57,620 nucleotides of DNA. Source: a virus. Its lineage: Duplodnaviria > Caudoviricetes. The translations under genes were made by a program, and so were the position numbers. The notes beneath the pieces were generated by a model that was not told the DNA's origin, made no database searches, and saw only the letters and a program-made list of their open reading frames with translations. Positions 1 through 6,181 of the stretch are shown in pieces. Numbering within the stretch: position 1 is the first letter of the stretch; each line of letters opens with the position of its first letter. The stretch lies in the IMG/VR virus record IMGVR_UViG_3300021508_000002, positions 1 through 57,620 of that record; one strand, written 5' to 3'.

Positions 1-454
1 TCATTACGTAATTCATTTTCTAATTCATTACCTAATCCCCTACCTAATTCATTATGTAATTCATTACGTAATTCATTATTTAATTCATTATCTAATTTAT
101 TATATAATTCATTACCTAATTCATTATCTAATTCATTATGTAATTCATTATCTAATTCATTATTTAATTCATTACCTAATTCATTACGTAATGAATTATC
201 TAATTTACTACTTAATTCAGCATATAATTCATTACTTAATTCATTTTCTAATTCATTACTTAATTCAGCATATAATTCATTACTTAATTCATTACGTAAT
301 TCATTATCTAATTCATTACGTAATTCATTATCTAATTCATTATTTAATTCATTACCTAATTCATTATGTAATTCATTATCTAATTCATTATGTAATTCAT
401 TATCTAATTCATTACCTAATTCATTATCTAATTCATTACCTAATTCATTACGTA
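1..454. repeat. 12-bp tandem repeat TAATTCATTA-NN (about 37 copies), coding for xNEL on the minus strand
   Basis: Directly visible. Variation is concentrated in the 2 nt that specify residue x. Confidence 0.95.
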
Positions 455-728
455 ACATACTTTTTTTTCTTCGCTTTAGTATCGAAGAAAATAGATTAGT
501 ATTAAATATTTTGTTAAACATAAATTTGTAACTCATAGGATTATTTGCAATAATCACTAAAGGTTTTTTATACCCTGCAATATCATATACTCTAGTTATA
601 TAGTCTACAGTGTCTTGTCTAACATTTGTTTTATGTTCTTCTCCTGAATATAAATCATCTCTAACTTTAGTTTTGTATAGCTCTATTTTATCTCTTATTT
701 CTGGTGTCAGATCTTTAATTGTTTTCAT
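1..728 (-). CDS. Tetrapeptide (xNEL) repeat protein, DUF6745-like, truncated by window edge
   Basis: Not in the ORF track. Hand translation from ATG at 728: MKTIKDLTPEIRDKIELYKTKVRDDLYSGEEHK...VYDIAGYKKPLVIIANNPMSY...MLRNELGNELDNELGNELDNELHNEL..., running into the repeat and apparently off the left end. The family assignment is from memory of similar phage proteins. Confidence 0.8.
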   Translation of the reverse strand, partial: MKTIKDLTPEIRDKIELYKTKVRDDLYSGEEHKTNVRQDTVDYITRVYDIAGYKKPLVIIANNPMSYKFMFNKIFNTNLFSSILKRRKKSMLRNELGNELDNELGNELDNELHNELDNELHNELGNELNNELDNELRNELDNELRNELSNELYAELSNELENELSNELYAELSSKLDNSLRNELGNELNNELDNELHNELDNELGNELYNKLDNELNNELRNELHNELGRGLGNELENELRN

Positions 729-1108
729 GGCATTGTTTATTTTTATATTTTAGTAGTATTAATGTAAGATATCTTTCTTTTAGTACAAACTTAATCTCAA
801 ACCCTTTTGAATTATTACCTTTCTTATAAGCTTAATTTCTTTCTTTTTCGTTTCATTTCGTCTCTATAATTAAGTATATTTATCGTTAATCGTATTTTTC
901 TTTCCCTCTAATGGCTCTACGTAGTATGTTAAATTAACCAATGGTGGTATATGGATGGTTAAATGGTATGTGATTCTTTGTAATTGTTTGAAAATGTTTA
1001 TTAATAATTAGGGGTAAATTGTAATGGTAATGTGTTGAAAAGAGAATTGGGTGTTTTGTATACCCGTGTAGGCAACTATGTGATGTATGTCACACAACTC
1101 TCCTCATT

Positions 1109-1316
1109 TTACTTCCATAGAGATAAATCTTTTCTTATTTTATCTAATCTGTTAGAAATTTTACCCCATTTAGAGTTATCCTTAGTAGATTCTATTATTT
1201 CCTCTATGTTAGGTTCTATATATAGAGAAAGTTTTTCTGCTTTACGCACAAACTTTTCCCCTATTTAACTATTTTAAGTGTTTCTTTCCTGATTTTTCTA
1301 ACTCTTTCTTTGTCAT
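1109..1316 (-). pseudogene. Small gene with two 1-nt deletions (pseudogene or homopolymer sequencing error)
   Basis: MTKKELEK / IRKETLKIVK / IGEKFVRKAEKLSLYIEPNIEEIIESTKDNSKWGKISNRLDKIRKDLSLWK* joins into 69 aa if one A is added to each of two A-runs (span 208 nt = 210-2). Confidence 0.4.
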
Positions 1317-1337
1317 AATTTTTCTCTTTATTTACTT

Positions 1338-1369
1338 AAAAGAAAGGTGTAGTAATTTCTCACTACACC
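1338..1369 (-). terminator. Intrinsic terminator
   Basis: Minus strand GGTGTAGTG-AGAAAT-TACTACACC followed by TTTCTTTT, downstream of the 1424-2017 gene. Confidence 0.75.
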
Positions 1370-1423
1370 AATCTATTTGGGTTAAACCTTTACCAATCCG
1401 TTTGACTGTTAAATCTACCTGGT

Positions 1424-2017
1424 TTAACTTATTTTAATCCCCTTAATAATGTATTTATATAATCTAAACAATTCCACCCTTTCAGCACTCCTTAAATTAA
1501 ATTCATCAAACTCTAAAGGGTTGTTCCAAAAGTCTTTTTCCCAGTCCCCTAGTGTTCTAAGATAACATCCTAATTGTATATACCATGTTTTACTATTTAA
1601 TTCATAATAACATCTTGATTGGTACTTATAGTTATTAGGTATTATAATATGGTTACATATTTTAAACCCACTTCTCGCTCTAAAATTATATCCTGAACGA
1701 AAATGCTTATCTACATGAAAATTATTCCCCACTCTAAATCTTCTTCCTGCTCTAAAACCTATATCAGAGTAGAAATTGTTTACTGCCACAAAATGGTCAT
1801 CCACTTTGAAATCGTTTTCAGCGGTAAAATTATTACCAACTCTAAATCCACAACCGACTTTAAAAGGCGTATTTATTATAGCATTATCTCCAAATTTTGG
1901 TGTATCTGCAAAAATAATTGATTCATTATACTTGGATCTATATTCTTGTAATATATATCTCAAATCTTCTTGGGAGTTGTATTTGTGTTTTTCTCCATCT
2001 ATTGTAATAGTTTTCAT
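1424..2017 (-). CDS. Hexapeptide-repeat (beta-helix-like) protein
   Basis: About 11 F-x-[VA]-G-x-x-type repeats (FKVGCGFRVGNNFTAENDFKVDDH...) and a C-terminal IQLGC..W...FWNN..EF segment. Confidence 0.75.
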   Translation of the reverse strand: MKTITIDGEKHKYNSQEDLRYILQEYRSKYNESIIFADTPKFGDNAIINTPFKVGCGFRVGNNFTAENDFKVDDHFVAVNNFYSDIGFRAGRRFRVGNNFHVDKHFRSGYNFRARSGFKICNHIIIPNNYKYQSRCYYELNSKTWYIQLGCYLRTLGDWEKDFWNNPLEFDEFNLRSAERVELFRLYKYIIKGIKIS

Positions 2018-2196
2018 AATACCTCTTCTTCTGTAAAGTCTCCATCTGCTAATTCCTCCAAGAACTGTTCAAAGTTCTCATTATAAGTAGAGTCACTAAT
2101 TAATATTTCGTTATAAGACTCAGTTAATACTACTCTCATAGCATCTTCTTCTAATTGTTGTAATTCAATAATACTAAGCATATCTGTTATTGACAT
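2014..2196 (-). CDS. Small acidic hypothetical protein (60 aa)
   Basis: Start moved to the ATG at 2196 (MSITDMLS...), which follows an AT-rich leader shared with neighbouring genes. The stop overlaps the next start. Confidence 0.65.
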   Translation of the reverse strand: MSITDMLSIIELQQLEEDAMRVVLTESYNEILISDSTYNENFEQFLEELADGDFTEEEVL

Positions 2197-2294
2197 AATA
2201 ATTGTGTTTAAGTTTAAAATATATTTAGGTTCTTTGTGTTTAAGAAGCTCATTATGCAATTTGCATAACAAGCTTCACTTAAACAACACTTGAA

Positions 2295-2399
2295 TTGCTG
2301 TAAGACTCGAACTTACTTAAGCTTTCACTTAACCTCCCGGAGGAACAACTTTTCCACTATGTAGATCCCACGCAGGATACATAGCTTACCACTTTGCAA
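2295..2399 (-). ncRNA. Candidate tRNA-like small structured RNA
   Basis: Perfect T-arm GTAAG-TTCGAGT-CTTAC, D-loop-like AGTGGTAA, extra hairpins GCTATGTA/TACATAGT and TTAAG/CTTAA, ends TTGC/GCAA complementary. No canonical anticodon arm. Confidence 0.45.
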
Positions 2400-2405
2400 A
2401 GATCT

Positions 2406-2585
2406 TTAATTCTTTAGTTTTAGAATGACATAAGCTGAAGCTACATAAGTCGCTAATATGCTTAGTAATGCTATAGACATATATACCAGTATCAACATCT
2501 GTGGTTGGGCTACTATTGTGGCTCCAATTGATGTACTCACTAAAAGTATCAGTATAATAGCTAATAATATATTTAAATTCTTCAT
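2406..2585 (-). CDS. Small membrane protein, two TM helices (59 aa)
   Basis: Hand translation MKNLNILLAIILILLVSTSIGATIVAQPQMLILVYMSIALLSILATYVASAYVILKLKN*, directly after the conserved upstream motif. Confidence 0.7.
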   Translation of the reverse strand: MKNLNILLAIILILLVSTSIGATIVAQPQMLILVYMSIALLSILATYVASAYVILKLKN

Positions 2586-2597
2586 AATTATTGTTGT

Positions 2598-2644
2598 TTA
2601 AGTTTAAAGTAATAACTATGACTTTGTAAGGGTAATGGCCAAGA
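2598..2644 (-). promoter_or_regulatory. Conserved early-gene upstream motif, copy A
   Basis: Minus strand TCTTGGCCATTACCCTTA-CAA-AGTCATAGTTAT; same spacing as the copies at 3504-3536 and 3869-3901. Confidence 0.7.
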
Positions 2645-2654
2645 CATATAATAA

Positions 2655-2683
2655 GAGAAAATAACACCTCATACGAGGTATTA
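2655..2683 (-). terminator. Probable intrinsic terminator
   Basis: Minus strand TAATACCTC-GTAT-GAGGTGTTA followed by TTTTCTCTT, at the stop of 2681-2806. Confidence 0.55.
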
Positions 2684-2806
2684 CTTTCTAGGCTTGGCAT
2701 CTTCTTTAAACATAAAGAACCAAATTAGATACGCAAAAAACAGTGCATGTAATAAGGTTGTAAAATTCCATCCATATATAAATTCTGAAATTGCTCCTCC
2801 TGGCAT
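2681..2806 (-). CDS. Small single-TM protein (41 aa)
   Basis: MPGGAISEFIYGWNFTTLLHALFFAYLIWFFMFKEDAKPRK*, preceded by a partial motif copy (AGTCACAGTTATATTTTACATTTAAAT). Confidence 0.6.
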   Translation of the reverse strand: MPGGAISEFIYGWNFTTLLHALFFAYLIWFFMFKEDAKPRK

Positions 2807-3045
2807 AATATATAAAATTTAAATGTAAAATATAACTGTGACTCCTATCCCTTTACCCCCTCCAAAGCACTACGCCCCAGAACGGTATTTAAAGAGAGTA
2901 TATTTGCTTGTAAACGTTTATAAGTGCTTATAACACATTTTAAAGAGGTTTAAGGGAATTCCCTTCAATATGAACCTAACACATAAAAACTTTTAAATAA
3001 CTCAGCACAAGTCTTGTGTGAAGGTCATTTTAAGTTTAAATCTCT

Positions 3046-3138
3046 CTAATCCTCTGTTTTCTTTGATTTATAATCTCCAAATATTAAGTAAGCTGCAATT
3101 CCTTGTACTATTACCAGCACCAGTTCAAAGTATGACAT
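3046..3138 (-). CDS. Very small single-TM protein (30 aa)
   Basis: MSYFELVLVIVQGIAAYLIFGDYKSKKTED*: hydrophobic core and charged tail. Confidence 0.45.
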   Translation of the reverse strand: MSYFELVLVIVQGIAAYLIFGDYKSKKTED

Positions 3139-3157
3139 AACAATTGTGTCTAAGTAT

Positions 3158-3192
3158 AAAATAAGCAAAGCAAGGATCTCTCCTCACTTTGT
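3158..3192 (-). terminator. Probable intrinsic terminator
   Basis: Minus strand ACAAAGTGAGGA-GAGA-TCCTTGCTTTGC followed by TTATTTT, just after the stop at 3201. Confidence 0.6.
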
Positions 3193-3200
3193 AAATTGTA

Positions 3201-3479
3201 TTAATAACTGTAATCAGCTGGTGTATGTTGAACGATTCTATAACGAGTATAGTCACCTTTCTCACCTTTTGCAGTTTCTTCTTGAAGAGCTAAGCTCTTT
3301 AATTCAGCTCCATGTTGCTCTAGATTATCAATAGTATCTTTAGCGATACTTACCATAGCTCTAGGCTCATTAATCCAATGGTTGTACCAATCTTTATTAA
3401 CAACTCCATCTGCATCTGTTGCAGCACGAAAATCTAATTGTTTGACACCTAACTCTTCTTTAATTTGTAAAATATTCAT
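3201..3479 (-). CDS. Hypothetical protein (92 aa)
   Basis: True start is probably the ATG at 3479 (MNILQIKEELGVKQLDF...), since the longer ORF reads through the upstream motif. Confidence 0.75.
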   Translation of the reverse strand: MNILQIKEELGVKQLDFRAATDADGVVNKDWYNHWINEPRAMVSIAKDTIDNLEQHGAELKSLALQEETAKGEKGDYTRYRIVQHTPADYSY

Positions 3480-3489
3480 CCTTTTATTA

Positions 3490-3536
3490 TTTAAATGTAA
3501 AATATAACTAGGACTAAGTAAGGGTAATGACCTAGA
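3490..3536 (-). promoter_or_regulatory. Conserved early-gene upstream motif, copy C
   Basis: Minus strand TCTAGGTCATTACCCTTA-CTT-AGTCCTAGTTATATTTTACATTTAAA. Confidence 0.7.
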
Positions 3537-3565
3537 CGTTTCTTTTGAGTAACACAAAGAAATGA

Positions 3566-3844
3566 CTAGCTAGTCATTTCTTTATATAGCAACAATTCTA
3601 ACACATTATCAGTATCTGTTATTTCTGCGAGCTCTAGATAGAACTCCGCATATTTAATTAGCAAATCAAGCCCACCGTAGATGCCACAAATCACTTCTAA
3701 TATGGCATAATCTATAGGTTTTATTCCTAATGACTCTGCAACAAAACGCTCTGCTATATCCTTTACTATAGAATCACTCTCTTTAACACCACCAAACTTG
3801 TTTATCATATCAATATACACATCTACTGATTCACTATTTTTCAT
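3566..3844 (-). CDS. Hypothetical protein (92 aa)
   Basis: ORF track; directly follows motif copy D. Confidence 0.7.
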   Translation of the reverse strand: MKNSESVDVYIDMINKFGGVKESDSIVKDIAERFVAESLGIKPIDYAILEVICGIYGGLDLLIKYAEFYLELAEITDTDNVLELLLYKEMTS

Positions 3845-3854
3845 AATCGCACAA

Positions 3855-3901
3855 TTTAAATTAAAAATATAACTAGAACTTAATAAGGGTAATGGTCAAG
3901 A
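3855..3901 (-). promoter_or_regulatory. Conserved early-gene upstream motif, copy D
   Basis: Minus strand TCTTGACCATTACCCTTA-TTA-AGTTCTAGTTATATTTTTAATTTAAA. Confidence 0.7.
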
Positions 3902-4067
3902 TAGTTATAAAGAAAGAAAGAAAAAAATTTCGATCATTTTCTTTAAAGATTGACCTGTCAGGAACGTAGCGACTGACAGAACAAAGGTTTGGAGAAAATG
4001 ACAAAGTTAGAGCAAATCCCCTTACTCTACCTAATAGGACTTATTTTATTGGTGTAATAAGAGAAGA

Positions 4068-4292
4068 TTAATCCTCTCTTATTATGTTTACCAATATGAT
4101 TATAATGCCTAATACTACACTGAATGCTAACAGTAACAATCCACTCTGTGTAGATTCTGTTATACTTAGCTTCCAATATGGAACTCTCAAGTTTACTCCA
4201 AGTGTAGTTAAAATGAATAAACCTGTTGATCCTAGAAGGATAGAACCTACGTACAGTTGTAAAATGTACTTACGTATTAATTTAATTATCAT
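4068..4292 (-). CDS. Small membrane protein, two TM helices
   Basis: Two long hydrophobic stretches; same orientation as the early block. Confidence 0.65.
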   Translation of the reverse strand: MIIKLIRKYILQLYVGSILLGSTGLFILTTLGVNLRVPYWKLSITESTQSGLLLLAFSVVLGIIIILVNIIRED

Positions 4293-4325
4293 GTCCGCTT
4301 AAATTTATGTTTTGTAGCAATAGTG

Positions 4326-4434
4326 CCGGGGGTGTTAGATACTAGGAATTTGTGGGGGTTATGGGGGAGGGAGGGTCATATATAAACAACCCTCTAATTT
4401 TTTAACAACCCTTAAATTTTTCATAAAAAATTTT
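4326..4434. other. G-rich non-coding element at the strand switch
   Basis: Five G-runs (4328-4375), then a 2x AACAACCCT..AATTTTT direct repeat and A/T tracts. Confidence 0.5.
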
Positions 4435-4650
4435 CTGAGGTCTTTTAATCCCATTAACTACAATTACTATAATAAACAAATTTCCAATTCTCCACAATAA
4501 CTTTTGTGCAATTAGTTCAATTAATGTGCAATAAAAGCCAGGCCCCTATAGCAGGAACCTGACGTTAGAGTAAAACCAAACTTGACCGCAAGATTTAAAC
4601 AAGTCTTAAATGTTATATTGTAAATATATTCAAAATTATTATATTATCAC

Positions 4651-4658
4651 TACATTTG
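4651..4658 (+). promoter_or_regulatory. Bacteroidota sigma70-type -7 box
   Basis: TACATTTG matches TAnnTTTG, 19 nt before the ATG at 4678. Confidence 0.65.
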
Positions 4659-4677
4659 CCTAAACAAAATAACAGAT

Positions 4678-5100
4678 ATGAAAGATATTGCAGTAGTGGG
4701 TAAATTAATAGAAAGGGGAAAAACAAAAACATGGGATAACAGATCCATAAGACATTTTATTCTCTCCTGTGGGGAGAAGGCTAATATGATGGAGTTTGCT
4801 ATTATGAGCCCTAAAGAGTTAAACAACTTCAAACCATTCAAAGAGGGGGATTTACTTAAAGTGATCTTTTCTATAAATACTGGACCTTATATAGATAAGG
4901 ACGGCAAAGATAGGTGCTACACCTTCTTAAAAGCCCTAAGTACTACTTTGGTACAACGGAAGGATTTAAATGTCATGAAGGTTACTTATAATGCTTCTAT
5001 GGAGAAGATTAAGAAGAGTTACAGTAAGGCCTATCAAAGTGAGCGATTAGAAAAGAGAGCAGATGAACTTTTAAACAAGAGTCCTCTAAGAAAGGTATAA
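4678..5100 (+). CDS. DUF3127-like OB-fold (SSB-like) protein
   Basis: Pattern V.GKLI...F.L....F......FKEGD..KV.FSI....Y..L.A resembles Bacteroidota DUF3127. Confidence 0.6.
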   Translation: MKDIAVVGKLIERGKTKTWDNRSIRHFILSCGEKANMMEFAIMSPKELNNFKPFKEGDLLKVIFSINTGPYIDKDGKDRCYTFLKALSTTLVQRKDLNVMKVTYNASMEKIKKSYSKAYQSERLEKRADELLNKSPLRKV

Positions 5101-5105
5101 TCTTT

Positions 5106-5137
5106 TTTGGTTATGACCACACATTACTTTACCTTTG
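5106..5137 (+). promoter_or_regulatory. Bacteroidota promoter (-33 TTTG / -7 TACCTTTG)
   Basis: TTTG at 5106-5109, 20-nt spacer, TACCTTTG at 5130-5137. Confidence 0.8.
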
Positions 5138-5141
5138 CCAA

Positions 5142-5470
5142 ATGATTACAAATAAAACAATATCTTCTTATGCGTCTGAGAACACGATTGGGGATTTATT
5201 GTGTAGTCAAGTTAAAAGACAATACAATGGGGGTTACACACTGTCAGAGTTACCGAAAGATACGACTCGTAACAGCCTACTAGAGCAGGTAAAAAAAGTT
5301 GATGCAATGGTGCAAGCTAGTACAGCACCGGAGAACTTCTCATTATAGCTGGTCTAAGGTAACCACTCCTTTAGGAATAAGGTTATCTTCTAAGACTGGT
5401 AAGAAGTTTCAGCGTCCCAACACCTTTTTTTTTAAAGATGGTGACTAGGGAACCTGTAACTTCTTTTTGA
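5142..5470 (+). ncRNA. Candidate structured non-coding RNA (~320 nt), overlapping a doubtful 68-aa ORF
   Basis: Own promoter plus at least 8 mutually compatible helices, several with G-U pairs (see findings). Confidence 0.45.
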
Positions 5471-5622
5471 AGGAAACAAAGACAGTAAAAGAAATAAAAA
5501 GAAATATAATAATAAATATAGATAATATTATTATATTTGTATATCCCTTATAGAATAGGCGAGTGGGCGAGCTAACCTGACACTCTGTTAACTAGTATTT
5601 TAATAATAAAAGAAGAATTAAT

Positions 5623-5653
5623 TTTGTTATATAGTTAATTTAAACTATATTTG
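5623..5653 (+). promoter_or_regulatory. Bacteroidota promoter of the tRNA operon
   Basis: TTTG at 5623-5626, 19-nt spacer, TATATTTG at 5646-5653. Confidence 0.8.
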
Positions 5654-5657
5654 CCTC

Positions 5658-5717
5658 ATGGTAATGAAACAACTACATTTGAATCAACCGAAACCGCTTA
5701 AACTATTTAAGGGATGA
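5658..5717 (+). CDS. Putative attenuator leader peptide MVMKQLHLNQPKPLKLFKG
   Basis: ATG 4 nt after the -7 box (second ATG at 5664). 8 of 19 codons are CNN: CAA CTA CAT CAA CCG CCG CTT CTA. Confidence 0.7.
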   Translation: MVMKQLHLNQPKPLKLFKG

Positions 5718-5744
5718 TTTAATATGTACCGGCAATACTGTTAA

Positions 5745-5773
5745 ACCCATTCCTACCGAATGGGTCTTTTTTT
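5745..5773 (+). terminator. Intrinsic terminator (attenuator) upstream of the tRNA cluster
   Basis: ACCCATTC-CTACC-GAATGGGT then C and T7, ending 11 nt before tRNA-Pro. Confidence 0.85.
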
Positions 5774-5784
5774 GTGTTATAAAT

Positions 5785-5862
5785 CTTGGTGTTAGGTGCA
5801 GATGGCTATACCCGCCCGACTTGGAATCGGGAGATCCGTTGGTTCGAATCCAACCACTGAGA
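5785..5862 (+). tRNA. tRNA-Pro(UGG)
   Basis: Acceptor CTTGGTG/CACTGAG with A73; anticodon arm CCCGA-CTTGGAA-TCGGG; T-arm GTTGG-TTCGAAT-CCAAC. Confidence 0.9.
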
Positions 5863-5938
5863 CGAAATAGTTTTGACCTTGCGTTCTAAAATGACGTCTT
5901 AAAAAACATGAGGTGACCTTCAGGGAGAGGCCTGACCA

Positions 5939-6010
5939 TGAAGTATGATGTAATTGGTAGCATACGAAACTTTGATTTTCGTTGTTTGGGTTCGAGTCCT
6001 GATACTTCAA
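5939..6010 (+). tRNA. tRNA-Gln(UUG)
   Basis: Acceptor TGAAGTA/TACTTCA; anticodon arm CGAAA-CTTTGAT-TTTCG; T-loop TTCGAGT. Confidence 0.9.
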
Positions 6011-6016
6011 CAAAAT

Positions 6017-6090
6017 GGTATCTTTAGTATAACCGGTTAGTACAATGGGTTGTGATCCCATAAGTTTGAGTTCAAGTCTCAATTGATACC
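6017..6090 (+). tRNA. tRNA-His(GUG)
   Basis: G-1/C73; anticodon arm ATGGG-TTGTGAT-CCCAT; T-arm TTGAG-TTCAAGT-CTCAA; two U-U pairs at the base of the acceptor stem. Confidence 0.85.
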
Positions 6091-6095
6091 CAAAT

Positions 6096-6177
6096 GCAGA
6101 AGTGTTGGAATTGGTAGACATTGCGGGTTTAGAACCCGTTGCTTAATAGCGTGCGAGTTCGAGTCTCGCCTTCTGTA
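6096..6177 (+). tRNA. tRNA-Leu(UAG)
   Basis: Acceptor GCAGAAG/CTTCTGT with A73; anticodon arm GCGGG-TTTAGAA-CCCGT; long variable arm; T-arm GCGAG-TTCGAGT-CTCGC. Confidence 0.92.
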
Positions 6178-6181
6178 CTTT

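Noticed and set aside
1-454. CRISPR array or iteron origin
   Set aside because: Units are contiguous 12-mers without spacers and keep the frame of a minus-strand gene.
191-499. Plus-strand IHYL-repeat ORF
   Set aside because: Shadow of the xNEL gene caused by the near-palindromic repeat; it starts inside the repeat.
2386-2700. 104-aa minus-strand ORF from the track
   Set aside because: Reads through a terminator and the upstream motif; better explained by the 59-aa ORF in another frame.
2847-2860. Motif copy B carries roughly the complement (ATCCCTTTACC) of the usual TAAGGGTAATGG box
   Set aside because: Imperfect, offset by one base and without a plausible mechanism; treated as coincidence.
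2598-3901. Mini-CRISPR or integron attC array
   Set aside because: Repeats are separated by whole genes at irregular distances, are not palindromic, and no cas or integrase gene is in the window.
4531-4563. Hairpin GCCAGGCCCCT...AGGAACCTGAC as a separate RNA gene
   Set aside because: Most simply a minus-strand terminator or insulator near the strand switch; too little evidence for more.
5792-6121. 109-aa minus-strand ORF
   Set aside because: Antisense to the tRNA genes.
6096-6177. Amber suppressor tRNA or stop-codon reassignment as in some crAss-like phages
   Set aside because: Anticodon TAG reads CTA (Leu), not the amber codon. Long genes are intact in code 11, and TAG ends TerL and portal.
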